64,000 bases of DNA from Klebsiella phage phiKp_32. The stretch is from the sequence record LC768500.1. One strand, 5' to 3'. The notes under the pieces were generated by a model, which saw only the letters and a program-made list of their open reading frames with translations, was not told the DNA's origin and did not search any database. Of the stretch, positions 1-10,111 are shown piece after piece. Both the position numbers and the translations under genes were made by a program. The first letter of the stretch is position 1; each line of letters starts with the position of its first letter.

Positions 1-1
1 A

Positions 2-355
2 GGTGTTTCGGCGATATTCATCGACGAGGTTCAGTTCGTTCCAGTGCGAGTGCTTAGCGCGATCATGGTAATGTGTGACACCATGGATATTCCTCTTCTC
101 TGCTACGGTCTCCGTAACGCTTATGATGGTAAGGGATTCCCGGGATCTGATTTCTTATTACGTCACGCTGATAAACTGGTTGAATGCAAATCGATTTGTT
201 GGTGTGGTAAAAAGGCGACCCACAACATGATGGTTGTCGATGGGAAAGTGGTAAGGGAAACCACGTCAGGGGGAAATATGGTTGTCGGCGGTAATGAACT
301 GTATCACGCCGTTTGCAGGTATCATTTCTTCGAAGGCAAATACAAAGAAGATTAA
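2..355 (+). CDS. tdk: thymidine kinase, 5'-truncated by window start
   Basis: In-frame translation from position 2 gives ..IFIDEVQF.. (TK motif), followed by ..CKSICWCGKKATHNMMVVDGKVV..GGNELYHAVCRYHF, the zinc-ribbon C-terminus typical of thymidine kinases. Confidence 0.8.
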   Translation, partial: GVSAIFIDEVQFVPVRVLSAIMVMCDTMDIPLLCYGLRNAYDGKGFPGSDFLLRHADKLVECKSICWCGKKATHNMMVVDGKVVRETTSGGNMVVGGNELYHAVCRYHFFEGKYKED

Positions 356-433
356 CTTATATTTATTTTGAGATCTACATTATCATGGTGTAAGCATAGT
401 ACGTTTTTATTTTCCTTTTTAGGAGTTAACATC

Positions 434-928
434 ATGATGAGCCAACTTGTAAATATTCTGAGTGAACACAGATCGGCGTTTATTTGGCCTTCCAACATCC
501 TTCAGTTAGAAGATGAATACTTCTATCTCTCGGTCAAGATTACGGAGAGTGGTGTGGTCAAATGTATCTTCCGGAACAAGCTCACCAAAGACGTCCGTAA
601 GTTCGACTTCTCTGATAGCATTTTTGATAAAGAGGGGTTATGGGATTACTTCAATGCGATCGGCAAAGAAGTCTACGCCATTGGGATTGACTACGGTAAA
701 GGGTTCCAGCTGAAGATGTTGTTTGAGCCGATTAAGGCGATGATCACCGATAAGGCACATAAGCCTTATAATGGACATCTTCCAAGAGACGTAAGAGCAC
801 CACTATTTTCCCCGGTTAACGCCCACAGCATTTATCTCGACGAAAACGGCGAAGTCACACTCGATGGCTTCGAATGGGCTTCTCGTGGATTGCAATTAAA
901 AATCATCGAAGAGCTCTTAATTAACTAA
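434..928 (+). CDS. hypothetical protein (start at ATG 434 rather than 368)
   Basis: ATG 434 is preceded by TTAGGAGTTAACATC; the upstream in-frame extension lacks an RBS. Confidence 0.6.
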   Translation: MMSQLVNILSEHRSAFIWPSNILQLEDEYFYLSVKITESGVVKCIFRNKLTKDVRKFDFSDSIFDKEGLWDYFNAIGKEVYAIGIDYGKGFQLKMLFEPIKAMITDKAHKPYNGHLPRDVRAPLFSPVNAHSIYLDENGEVTLDGFEWASRGLQLKIIEELLIN

Positions 929-971
929 TTAATGTTATGCTAATTAGCTCATCACTGTAAAGAGGATTAAG

Positions 972-1448
972 ATGAAAAACCTGCTCGATTTAGTGCTCAA
1001 ATTTTTCATTGGGCTTAACCCAGGCCTGGCCGTACTGATGGAAGGTGGTTCGATCGTCAATGTGGTTGAAAAACCAGAAATCGATCGTTACGCCGGTGAT
1101 ATCATGCGTCCGGACGGCACAACCAAGCTTCTGTCGGTAACCTGGAAACCGGGTACATTTAAAGGCGTGTTCGGCCTCGATCCAGCCTTTGCTCCCGTCA
1201 CGCAGGATGAAGCAGGCACCACTGAAGGTATCTTCCTGAAGACCGACGGCACGCCTTACTTTGCGTTGACGGCTGAAAATGCTACCGAAGCCAAAATCGA
1301 AGAAATCCTCGGATATGCTTTCGAAGAAGGTACGGTCGCAGTAGACACCGAAACCAAAAAGGTCAGCTTCGCAACGTCTACCATCGTTGCTGAAATCGAT
1401 CTGGTCGTTATCGAAGCGGCTCCGGTGGCCGACGGCCAACTGCCGTAA
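972..1448 (+). CDS. hypothetical protein
   Basis: RBS AAGAGGA 7 nt upstream; followed by hairpin terminator 1458-1490. Confidence 0.6.
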   Translation: MKNLLDLVLKFFIGLNPGLAVLMEGGSIVNVVEKPEIDRYAGDIMRPDGTTKLLSVTWKPGTFKGVFGLDPAFAPVTQDEAGTTEGIFLKTDGTPYFALTAENATEAKIEEILGYAFEEGTVAVDTETKKVSFATSTIVAEIDLVVIEAAPVADGQLP

Positions 1449-1457
1449 TAAGTAACC

Positions 1458-1490
1458 TACTCCTACGTCCTTAACGGGGCGTAGGAGTAG
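1458..1490 (+). terminator. GC-rich hairpin CTACTCCTACG..CGTAGGAGTAG
   Basis: Perfect inverted repeat directly after the stop of 972..1448. Confidence 0.5.
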
Positions 1491-1553
1491 TTCGTTAATT
1501 ATAACTGACTTTTTTAATATATAACCACCAACGTTCATTTAGGACATAACACC

Positions 1554-1760
1554 ATGTTGTATGACGCAATTGAAGTTTGTTTTATCGTAATCTCCATTCT
1601 TTCCTTTATCTGGGTAATGAAGAAGAAAGGAACTGGGGCGATGTTAATTATTGCGTTTTCTATTGTTGTCGTGGCAGGATGTCGTTATCAAGATAACGCC
1701 GATACCGAACAAGCTTTAGAGCATCCAAAATATACCAAATCTAACTGCGGCTGTTTATAA
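1554..1760 (+). CDS. small membrane protein; internal ATG 1617 would give a lipoprotein signal peptide (MKKKGTGAMLIIAFSIVVVAG|C)
   Basis: Two hydrophobic segments; KKK n-region, h-region and a VAGC lipobox. Confidence 0.45.
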   Translation: MLYDAIEVCFIVISILSFIWVMKKKGTGAMLIIAFSIVVVAGCRYQDNADTEQALEHPKYTKSNCGCL

Positions 1761-1772
1761 GAGGAACTGATT

Positions 1773-2066
1773 ATGTTTTATGATTTAGTCAAGGTTTGCA
1801 AGGAACTCGTATTTTCTCATACCTTCAACGAAAGCAATCCTGACAAGGGTTACTTCGATACCTGGAAGTGGCGTAAGTTACTCATTAACGTGGTAAGCGT
1901 AACGTATCACACCCCTAAGCTTGCCGCGCTCAGTCCGCTCTTAAAGGCTATTTCCAGTAAGCAAGACGGGCTGACAATTTCCCCACAAACCGACAGCCAA
2001 GGACGGGTCACGCGAATTACGGTGACACACAATAATAAATCAGTGGGTTTCAGATTCAAACGTTAA
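1773..2066 (+). CDS. hypothetical protein
   Basis: ORF with GAGGAA RBS; tandem with neighbours. Confidence 0.5.
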   Translation: MFYDLVKVCKELVFSHTFNESNPDKGYFDTWKWRKLLINVVSVTYHTPKLAALSPLLKAISSKQDGLTISPQTDSQGRVTRITVTHNNKSVGFRFKR

Positions 2067-2079
2067 AGGAATAATCGTC

Positions 2080-2652
2080 ATGGGATACATCGAGCTTAAA
2101 CACGGAACTGATAAAGACTACGTTCCCTACCGCACCAATGACATCTACGAATTAGATGAAGATATCACCGTCTTAACCGACGATACTCGGGTTATCGACG
2201 AAAATAAAGAAACCTACTTTTTTGTGCCAGGGGTGGACGCAGAAAACATCAAGGTTAAGGTCGGTGACGTGAACCAGTTTTTACTTTTCTGGCCCGTGAA
2301 GGAAGGGGTTGAAATCAGACTTGTTTCGTTTGGGACTGGTAGAAAAACCACAAAAGTGGTTGGGTTCCTCATGACCGAGTTTCATCACCATTCCATTTAC
2401 GCCAGCGTGTTCTCGTCCCTGCTGCATCGAGAATCGAAAATGAATTTCCGCAGTAATAAACTGGCTACAGGGATCATGTGTAAATTACTTCACCGGTGCC
2501 TCAAAAGCTTTAAGCTCAAGCATCCTTCGCTCGGACGTATCTATCTCGATATCGTATCTGATAACGGTGTTATTAAGTACGTTAACCAACACGGTAATTT
2601 TAGTGGATTGTATTATCGATTCAATCCAGGATTTAAACCAGAATTACGCTAG
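2080..2652 (+). CDS. hypothetical protein
   Basis: ORF, RBS AAGGAA upstream. Confidence 0.55.
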   Translation: MGYIELKHGTDKDYVPYRTNDIYELDEDITVLTDDTRVIDENKETYFFVPGVDAENIKVKVGDVNQFLLFWPVKEGVEIRLVSFGTGRKTTKVVGFLMTEFHHHSIYASVFSSLLHRESKMNFRSNKLATGIMCKLLHRCLKSFKLKHPSLGRIYLDIVSDNGVIKYVNQHGNFSGLYYRFNPGFKPELR

Positions 2653-2660
2653 GAAAAAAT

Positions 2661-3203
2661 ATGTCAGATATTATCGCTTACAATAAAGCGCGGCTGGTTA
2701 ATGGGTTTGAACTCGTTTGCCATCATCGCACTATTCACCTGTTCGAAGATGTTTTCGAGAAGGGCAGGTACAATAAAGAGTTCGTTGCTAAATTTGACGA
2801 ACTGGAAGTATTTTTGGATGTTCGTTACGCGATCATCTTAGGGAGAAAAGATAAAGATCTCACACTGCATCTAATTCGCAGTAATGCAGCTCGTGAGATC
2901 GTCAGCTGGGATTATCATTACAAGTCCAATGATAACCGATCTGACAATTGGAAGATGGAGGCCATCGGGCAGTTTATCATCAGTGACATGGAGCAGGGGT
3001 ATTTCTCCCTCTCCCCTGGTTATCGAAGTGATATCAACGACCTACTGACTTATATCGGTGGTCAAGAGAAAGAGGTCAATATTCGCAATACAGAAATCAG
3101 CGTCAGTGAGGGTAAATTTAACTTCGTAGGCCGTAACGGACAGATCGGCCCGGGTTTGTTATCAGAGACCAAACCCGTTAACCTCATTAAGTTGTGGGCA
3201 TAA
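2661..3203 (+). CDS. hypothetical protein
   Basis: ORF, RBS AGGAAA; hairpin 3207-3240 follows. Confidence 0.55.
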   Translation: MSDIIAYNKARLVNGFELVCHHRTIHLFEDVFEKGRYNKEFVAKFDELEVFLDVRYAIILGRKDKDLTLHLIRSNAAREIVSWDYHYKSNDNRSDNWKMEAIGQFIISDMEQGYFSLSPGYRSDINDLLTYIGGQEKEVNIRNTEISVSEGKFNFVGRNGQIGPGLLSETKPVNLIKLWA

Positions 3204-3272
3204 TAATAACTCCTACTCCCGATAAGGGAGTAGGAGTTATTAACTTTTTTGTTTTTAGAATAGGAGGGTGTA

Positions 3273-4526
3273 GTGCACGATGATTTTTATGACCGCCATG
3301 ACCACGTTTTCGTTTTCGTGCAAAAATTTGATTTAGCTCATCCTGAACTAATAGACCGAACCGTAGAGGAGAAATTCGAAATTTATACTAAGGACTATCC
3401 CGATTATGATTGTTGGGCTCAACTGGTTTATTATTTCAAGGACGGCGGGGTGTTTTCACCAGAAGGGGTGAGACTTTCAATGAGGGGGATGGTGGTTTCT
3501 CCGTTGAAAAGACTCAACCGACCCATCCACGAAAGAATAAACGAAATGGTGTTCAGGGAAGGGGCGAAAAAACAGTCAGGTTATCCTAGGATAATGATCG
3601 GCGATTTAGGACTTTCAATGCACAGACTGATCGCATCTACTTTCATAAAAAGACCCGATCATTTAAAGCTTATCCCATTTATGCTTTTACACGTCAATCA
3701 TAAAAATGGGATTAAGAACGATTACAGACCTAATAACTTAGAATGGACTACTCCTAAGGAAAACGCGATCCATAGCGCCATGACGGGACTCACGCCACAG
3801 GGACTAGCCCACACAAAAACAATATCGGTACTCGGGTTCTTCTCTTTACCAGGAAAGTGGTTCGGGAAAACCATTTCATTTAGTGGAAATAAAGAGATTA
3901 ATTCCGCAGAACTGTTTTCTCAAACAATGATACACGAAAAGGTTAGGGAAGGTGGGTTGTACAAGGGTTTTAAGTGGATTAGCGTATCTGAAGAAGAGTA
4001 TAACAACCATCCACACGGTTTAGAAGATCCAGAATTTAAGAGATTTATCGACGAAGGGGGAAACACTTACCTTGATGAAAGAACTAATTTTCTTATAGGG
4101 ACAGTGATTCACGAATGCGCTTATAAAGGGCTGCAATTTATTATTTTCGGTGAAACAATGATCGAGCGTAACGGATTCCCGGCTAATCGTTTAATGGAGT
4201 TTTATAAATCCAAAGAATCGGATTCTTATTTATCAAAGGGATGTCTTTTTGTGAGGGGGGATCTGTCCGACCTTGAAAAATTTCCGCGTGGAATACCCGA
4301 TGAGCTGGTAACCATTTTATCTAGGGAGAGGGGAGATAAGTTCTATCCCGTGATCGCCAATAAAGATGGAGAGGATAAGTTATTTGCATCTAAAGAAGAG
4401 TTATCCGCGAACGGGTTTATTTATAAAGAGGTTAAGAAAAATATACGGGGAGAGACGGGAAGTCATAGGGGTCACGCATTCAGATGGGCGGAACGATTAT
4501 CGGGGTCGTTCCAACCGTCAGACTAG
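3273..4526 (+). CDS. free-standing HNH homing endonuclease
   Basis: ..HVNHKNGIKNDYRPNNLEWTTPKENAIHS.. HNH motif; GTG start with AGGAGG RBS. Confidence 0.75.
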   Translation: MHDDFYDRHDHVFVFVQKFDLAHPELIDRTVEEKFEIYTKDYPDYDCWAQLVYYFKDGGVFSPEGVRLSMRGMVVSPLKRLNRPIHERINEMVFREGAKKQSGYPRIMIGDLGLSMHRLIASTFIKRPDHLKLIPFMLLHVNHKNGIKNDYRPNNLEWTTPKENAIHSAMTGLTPQGLAHTKTISVLGFFSLPGKWFGKTISFSGNKEINSAELFSQTMIHEKVREGGLYKGFKWISVSEEEYNNHPHGLEDPEFKRFIDEGGNTYLDERTNFLIGTVIHECAYKGLQFIIFGETMIERNGFPANRLMEFYKSKESDSYLSKGCLFVRGDLSDLEKFPRGIPDELVTILSRERGDKFYPVIANKDGEDKLFASKEELSANGFIYKEVKKNIRGETGSHRGHAFRWAERLSGSFQPSD

Positions 4527-4624
4527 GACGTATCATGTGGTCCGCTGGCACGGGTAACCTCAAAGACACCATTGGACAAAGTAAACCCATCCCCGCCTCT
4601 CCAGAAATCACTGGTTAAACTTTA

Positions 4625-4654
4625 TAATAACTACCGGGAGATTTCCCGGTAGTT
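4625..4654. terminator. bidirectional hairpin ATAACTACCGGGAGA..TCCCGGTAGTTAT between convergent genes
   Basis: Perfect 13-bp inverted repeat between the 3' ends of 3273..4526(+) and 4660..6714(-). Confidence 0.5.
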
Positions 4655-4659
4655 ATCAG

Positions 4660-6714
4660 TCAAAATAAATCCATGACGTTAGAGAGATATTTATTTAACG
4701 GTAATGTTTCTGATTCATTATTCATGATATCAAATGACTCATTGCCGTCTATAACACGTAATGCTGGGTTATTAAGAGAACTCTGAGCTAATAATTGCTC
4801 GACGTTCTCTTTAGACCACTGCATGATATCTACGCTTCTGGTCATGATGTTTATTTCATTTCCAGTATCGAGTTCAATTAACCAGAAGAAACAAGGGGCG
4901 TCCTGCCCCTGTCTAAAGATCCTCGCCTTGGTTTGTTTCATTTCGTAATCGCGCCAAGGGGCGTCCATCATAATCTCCTGATTTGCAACGACCATGTGCG
5001 CCCCTTCCTTTAGGGTCTTAAAGGTCGTAACCCCAGGATTATACGTCGGATCATCAGTGAATATACTAATGAGTTTCTCTTTACTTAATTCTGCGTCCCC
5101 GTAAACGAGTAAGGGTTTTAATCCCTCTTCCTTAAGATAAGTGTTAACTTCATTAAGGACGTCGACATAAGAAGTAAAGATTAATGTTTTCTTTTCTACC
5201 TGATTAATAAGCCCTGGAAGATTAGCATGCCTTACTACTGATCTGACCGCATCAATCCTCGCTTTACCCAAGACATTCCCTAACGCCTCACCTTTGATCT
5301 TTAATCCCACATATTTTACTGCTGATTTAATATTTCTGAATTGTTTCAGTTTATCTCCTCGTAAGCGGGCTTCAATATCGATCTCGACGTTCTTAGCATA
5401 TTGAGAGTCTTCGGAGTCGGTGAAGTTATTATATCCTTGTGTTCTGAACTTATTAACGATCTGACGATAACGAACCAATCTTCCTAATTGGGATGGATCG
5501 TCTTTTACATAATGTTCGTAATCTTCCAGAACGTGATTAAAGAAATTGAGGAACGTTGGCATGTTTGTTTCGTAAAACTTAACACGCTGTTGTATGTAAG
5601 CTAACATGTCAAGTCGTATTGCTTTTAGAGTGAATCTTTCTCCGCCGGGTACGACGACTGGAAGCATGACTACGTCAGGTTCTTCATCTAGCCCCACAAC
5701 GCTGTCTATGACGTATCTCGTCTTTCCTAAGCGATGGGCGAGCAATTCATTGAGTTTATCTCTGGACAAGCCATAGGACTTCAGGAAGCGTTCTCGGGCA
5801 TTGCCTTTAAAGAATGGATCGATCGCACAGAACATCGGATATGTTTCTTTCCCGGAATTTTTTAACAAGGTTCCGCTCATAGGCAGAGCGTCTTTAAAGT
5901 CGAAGTGGTCTACAACGGAAATCAAGTTTTGCGTTTGTTTAGAGGAAAGTTCGTTAAAGTTATGGCTTTCATCGATAACAAGGTCGACCCCACCGTTGCC
6001 AGCAAACTCAAAAATGCGTTCCACCGCTTTAAAGAAATCCGGTGATCGGGTGGCTTCGATATGGAATACGTAATATTCGGCGTCTCTATCCAACGGTCTA
6101 TTTTGTCGAGTGGTCCAGTATTTGGGGGGAGTGACGAATACCTTTTCTTCAATGTGAAATTTCCAAACTGTATTTAGCACAACGTCAGGAGCAATAATGA
6201 TATGTTTCTTATTCCCCGTCAGACGCGTCCACATTAAGGCCGTAGGCGTTTTTCCTGAACCAGGTTTAGCGTCTAATAGCAATCCCTTTAGGTGATAAGA
6301 TGACTTAATTCCTTTATACATTTCTAAGAACCCCATCTGAGTAGGATGTGGTTTTATTTTAAACTGCTTTAAAAAAGAAGCTTTGTCTATCGGATAAGCT
6401 GTAGGGGTAACGGTATCCTTTATCCAAGTATCCGTTCTGAGTTTAATTTGGAGTTCGTTAAGGTTCTTGCGACTACTCCAGGTATTTCTTGACTGGAGTA
6501 TCTTTGTTATTAGATGATCCAACTCCAATAAGAAAAAGTTATCCGTAACGAACTTATTGGACCCAACACGTCTGAACATATAACGACCTGGCGTGCTTGT
6601 ACCATACGCGGTCTGTATGTCGTCATTAAAGTTACGGAAGTTAACATGATTGATTTCCGTAATAGTCGGTCCTTGTTTAACATCAGGCCCAAAGATATAG
6701 TTTAACATCACCAA
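4660..6714 (-). CDS. superfamily 2 helicase (Walker A PGSGKT, DESH box, motif VI QGQ..R)
   Basis: ..LLLDAKPGSGKTPTAL.. ..VIDESHNF.. ..ARIFRQGQDAP.. Confidence 0.7.
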   Translation of the reverse strand: MVMLNYIFGPDVKQGPTITEINHVNFRNFNDDIQTAYGTSTPGRYMFRRVGSNKFVTDNFFLLELDHLITKILQSRNTWSSRKNLNELQIKLRTDTWIKDTVTPTAYPIDKASFLKQFKIKPHPTQMGFLEMYKGIKSSYHLKGLLLDAKPGSGKTPTALMWTRLTGNKKHIIIAPDVVLNTVWKFHIEEKVFVTPPKYWTTRQNRPLDRDAEYYVFHIEATRSPDFFKAVERIFEFAGNGGVDLVIDESHNFNELSSKQTQNLISVVDHFDFKDALPMSGTLLKNSGKETYPMFCAIDPFFKGNARERFLKSYGLSRDKLNELLAHRLGKTRYVIDSVVGLDEEPDVVMLPVVVPGGERFTLKAIRLDMLAYIQQRVKFYETNMPTFLNFFNHVLEDYEHYVKDDPSQLGRLVRYRQIVNKFRTQGYNNFTDSEDSQYAKNVEIDIEARLRGDKLKQFRNIKSAVKYVGLKIKGEALGNVLGKARIDAVRSVVRHANLPGLINQVEKKTLIFTSYVDVLNEVNTYLKEEGLKPLLVYGDAELSKEKLISIFTDDPTYNPGVTTFKTLKEGAHMVVANQEIMMDAPWRDYEMKQTKARIFRQGQDAPCFFWLIELDTGNEINIMTRSVDIMQWSKENVEQLLAQSSLNNPALRVIDGNESFDIMNNESETLPLNKYLSNVMDLF

Positions 6715-6738
6715 TCACCCGTTATTAGGAGTAGTAAA

Positions 6739-8016
6739 ATGAATTCTGTCGACATCAACACCTATAAGAAATTCTTCTCTGCTGTTGCCGCTGAACTGTT
6801 CAGTAATCTGGAAGATCTCAAAATCGTTTCCCATCGTCACGCGCTGTTAAATATTCTGTTTATCGACGGGATCAAAATCAGTACGGGTGAACGTCGCCGT
6901 TATGCCTTCCACGAAAAGCATCTGAAGGCGGTCAAAGAACGCATTAACCTGGGCGACTTCTCTTTCCTCGATGAGCAGGTTCGGGATAAAGATTTCCAGC
7001 CGCGACAGTATAAAGGCGTCGAAATCGATCACGCTTACGGCTATGTGGTCAGCGCGGTCCCGGTCTTCACTTCCATGGAACAGCGCGGCACCGGCGATAA
7101 GGAATTCGACAACATGACCACCGGCCAGCTGGCACGCGTTGATCAGTGGTTCACCGACTACGCTAAGAAAGAAACCGACCAGCTGAAAACCATCGCCGAT
7201 CTTACCGAAGCCTGGGGTAAATTCACCACGACGGTCAAGGATCACGATCTCTACTTCGGATTCGACATCGAAGATCATAAAATCAGTCTGACGCTGGATA
7301 AAGCACCTCCTATCGCTGATGAGATCAAGATCCTTCGTCAGCCGGTTACTCTGGAGCAAATCGCCGAGTTCTCTGAAGATGACCAGAAACACATCGCCGG
7401 TGTTCAGGCTGCCATTGACAAGATGAACGAACTCACTTCTGAGTTCTTCGGTATCGAGCTGGGTAACAAATACCTCACCCAATTCCGTGAGCGTATTTGG
7501 GAACAGAACTTCTCCATGCCGCTTCAGTACCAGACCAACATCGTCTATGAGTTCACCGATAACACGCCTGAAACTCGTGCCCTCGTAGAGGAACAAGTCG
7601 AAAAGGCCATCAGTCTGCTGAAAGATAAAGAAGCTGAGCTGGGTAATCGCGTCTACCTCGACACTAACTCGCTGGCGACCTTCGTTATTAACGAAGAAGG
7701 CGCTAACGAATACTACGATTACCCAGTTGTCCGTGAGATGTGGTCGAAGTTCGTTCGTTCGTTCGGTAAAGCCATCCTCAACCTGATGAACCAGACCGAA
7801 TCGGTTTACTTCAAACCCTACATCTCTAAGGTAACCAAAGTGGAAACCGAAGATACTGTAGCGGCGCCGGCTCGTGGCGAAACCCCACATCTGGTTGCAG
7901 TGGATGAACCGGCTTTTGTAGATGGTGATGCAGAAGTGGCGGTTGAGGGCGATTCTGCCCAGGATGAAACCTATGCGCTCGAAGGCAACGCTCAGGCTCC
8001 TAGTCAAACCGTTTAA
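6739..8016 (+). CDS. highly acidic hypothetical protein with strongly biased codon usage
   Basis: RBS TTAGGAGTAG; convergent hairpin at 8025-8056; CTG/CCG/GGC-rich codon usage unlike its neighbours. Confidence 0.65.
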   Translation: MNSVDINTYKKFFSAVAAELFSNLEDLKIVSHRHALLNILFIDGIKISTGERRRYAFHEKHLKAVKERINLGDFSFLDEQVRDKDFQPRQYKGVEIDHAYGYVVSAVPVFTSMEQRGTGDKEFDNMTTGQLARVDQWFTDYAKKETDQLKTIADLTEAWGKFTTTVKDHDLYFGFDIEDHKISLTLDKAPPIADEIKILRQPVTLEQIAEFSEDDQKHIAGVQAAIDKMNELTSEFFGIELGNKYLTQFRERIWEQNFSMPLQYQTNIVYEFTDNTPETRALVEEQVEKAISLLKDKEAELGNRVYLDTNSLATFVINEEGANEYYDYPVVREMWSKFVRSFGKAILNLMNQTESVYFKPYISKVTKVETEDTVAAPARGETPHLVAVDEPAFVDGDAEVAVEGDSAQDETYALEGNAQAPSQTV

Positions 8017-8024
8017 TCGATAAC

Positions 8025-8056
8025 GCAAAGAAACTATTCCTCCTACCCTTACGGGT
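8025..8056. terminator. hairpin ATTCCTCCTACCC..GGGTAGGAGGAAT between convergent genes
   Basis: Perfect inverted repeat. Confidence 0.5.
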
Positions 8057-8083
8057 AGGAGGAATATATTTCTGTTATTTTTT

Positions 8084-8743
8084 TTACGGCGTTTGTTCAT
8101 TCTTAGCGGCTATTAATGCAGCCTCTAATTCCTGAATGTACAATTGTTGTTTGGTTATGGTTTCGGCTTGCTTAGCAAGTTTGATTTGATCCGTCTCTGC
8201 ATTAGCGATAGCGTTAAGCCGAGTAGATTCAAATATTTCCGCGTCTTCTTTCGACACATAAGCCCTGGTAGGAATACTACCAATGTAGCTCTTCGCGTTG
8301 ACAAGTCCGAAGTTAGTTTTCGCGTAATCTTGGAAGTGATCGATCAACGTGTTAATTTTATCCGCCATCTGAGGAGGGCATGCCCCCAGGTCGGTGTAAA
8401 CAACAAATCTTTCAAAGATCACCCCGTCAATTAGGGGAAATGATTTGATATAGGTGCTGGGAATATAAACCGGAGATCCGTTTTTAGAGGTCAGGGTAAT
8501 GATTGCCCCGTTATTCTCTTCTACGAGATCTAAGATACTTTCATAAGCATCTTCCGAAATCCCTACTGGTTCGAACATCAATCCCCAAACATCAATATTC
8601 CTGTTTCGGAACTGTGCCGCCGTACAGACGTCTTCCACTTTATAAAAGATGGACTCGTCGACCACTGTTGTAAAGGGTGTGATCGCGGTAAATTGTCCCG
8701 CGGCATAGAGTGAAGGAATGACGTTTTTATCAGTGTCTGCCAT
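8084..8743 (-). CDS. hypothetical protein with a C-terminal coiled coil
   Basis: ORF in an operon with 8754..10091. Confidence 0.55.
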   Translation of the reverse strand: MADTDKNVIPSLYAAGQFTAITPFTTVVDESIFYKVEDVCTAAQFRNRNIDVWGLMFEPVGISEDAYESILDLVEENNGAIITLTSKNGSPVYIPSTYIKSFPLIDGVIFERFVVYTDLGACPPQMADKINTLIDHFQDYAKTNFGLVNAKSYIGSIPTRAYVSKEDAEIFESTRLNAIANAETDQIKLAKQAETITKQQLYIQELEAALIAAKNEQTP

Positions 8744-8753
8744 GGACTAACCT

Positions 8754-10091
8754 CTATTCGGTAATAATCCCGTCTTTAATAAACTGGGCCTTGGTCACCA
8801 TTTGGAATCGGGTGGACCCCACTTGAATGGTTGCGAAGAGAATATTGTCCTTGACCAGACGTTTGATCCCTGCCGGCACCAGACCGTCTTCAGTTAACAC
8901 TTCTGCTCCGCTGATCAGTGTTTGCATGGCGGTGATGAAGTCGGTTGTGGCCGTAGACATCCATGCGAACTGGGAATCGGTAGAAGGGATGAGCTGATAA
9001 TCAGGGTAGAGTTCTTTGATTTTAGTCACGCCGTTAAAGTTCGTCGGTTTACCGGCGAAACAGACTTTAGCGGATTTATAAAGGAAAGGAACAACCTGCG
9101 CTGATTTTATGATGTTATCTGACGTAAAACCTATGAGGTATTTCGTCGGATTTGTTAAAAGTGTTTCGTAGCTGGCAATCGGAGAGTACAGCGAACTTCC
9201 ATCTGTTTTATTCTCCAGGCCTAATTCATCCCAATAAGGGATCGCAACAAACTGCGTCGGGTTAAAAAGATCAGGGATGGCGTTCTCCCAATCCTCTTCA
9301 CTTTCAGACGTTAATGCCAAAATGGCATTTGCTATCTCGGTGTAGATCTGATCTTCCTGATCGTCGGCGTTACCGTAAACCAACACAGTGAAATAAACGG
9401 TGTTGTAATTCGCGGTGTTTACCAAGTCATAGACTTTGAACGGATAGACGAAACGAGAGCTGTATCGGTATTCGCCGTCATTGGTTGCTGCTAAGACGCG
9501 TTGCTCGATCACGCTAGGGGTTTCTTGAGCAAGTCTGGTAGCGAGCTGCTGATAATTCAGTGTGACGAGTTTATCAATTTCGTCATCTGGAAGTACCAGG
9601 ATGGGGACGATTTCACAATAAGGATATTCCGCTTCAAAGTAAGCATTAGCGAACCAGATTTTAAAATAAACGGTATCCCCGTTAGTCAGCGTCTGGGTAC
9701 CCTCAATATGAGAAGGAAGATAAATGACACTATTCGTGACCATCGTTCCTACACCGCTAAATACCACGCCAGCGGTAAATTGCGCTTGCACTAACTGCAA
9801 ACATGCTGTACTATCGTTAGTTAATACTCCGGCCACCGCCTGTTGATATAGCCACTGAGCGATGTCCAGCTGTTTGTTTTTTGTTTCGTCCGGCATGATT
9901 TCGGCAACATCATCCTTCACGCCATAAAAATTAATTAAGGTGGGGATGCGATCATCGCTGCGATAGAAACCCGGATCTTTCGAATACGCTCTCGTTTTGC
10001 TAGACAGCTCCCCTAACGGGGAAACCACTTTCTCGTGGTTATCACTTAGCGCCGCAATAGCACTAAATGAAAGGTATGAATATTTGCTCAT
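8754..10091 (-). CDS. hypothetical (possibly virion structural) protein
   Basis: 445-aa ORF; RBS on the minus strand. Confidence 0.55.
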   Translation of the reverse strand: MSKYSYLSFSAIAALSDNHEKVVSPLGELSSKTRAYSKDPGFYRSDDRIPTLINFYGVKDDVAEIMPDETKNKQLDIAQWLYQQAVAGVLTNDSTACLQLVQAQFTAGVVFSGVGTMVTNSVIYLPSHIEGTQTLTNGDTVYFKIWFANAYFEAEYPYCEIVPILVLPDDEIDKLVTLNYQQLATRLAQETPSVIEQRVLAATNDGEYRYSSRFVYPFKVYDLVNTANYNTVYFTVLVYGNADDQEDQIYTEIANAILALTSESEEDWENAIPDLFNPTQFVAIPYWDELGLENKTDGSSLYSPIASYETLLTNPTKYLIGFTSDNIIKSAQVVPFLYKSAKVCFAGKPTNFNGVTKIKELYPDYQLIPSTDSQFAWMSTATTDFITAMQTLISGAEVLTEDGLVPAGIKRLVKDNILFATIQVGSTRFQMVTKAQFIKDGIITE

Positions 10092-10111
10092 AATGTCGTC
10101 CGTTAAGGAAA

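Noticed and set aside
368-433. N-terminal extension of ORF 368..928 (and similar extensions at 14446, 42344, 43124, 44506, 60416)
   Set aside because: Extensions overlap upstream genes or hairpins and lack RBSs. Internal starts have good SD sequences.
990-1538. 182-aa minus-strand ORF
   Set aside because: Runs fully antisense to 972..1448 and through its terminator hairpin. No RBS and low-complexity composition.
6847-8100. 417-aa minus-strand ORF
   Set aside because: Antisense to the acidic gene 6739..8016. Spans the convergent hairpin and overlaps the 3' end of 8084..8743. Arg-rich low-complexity start.
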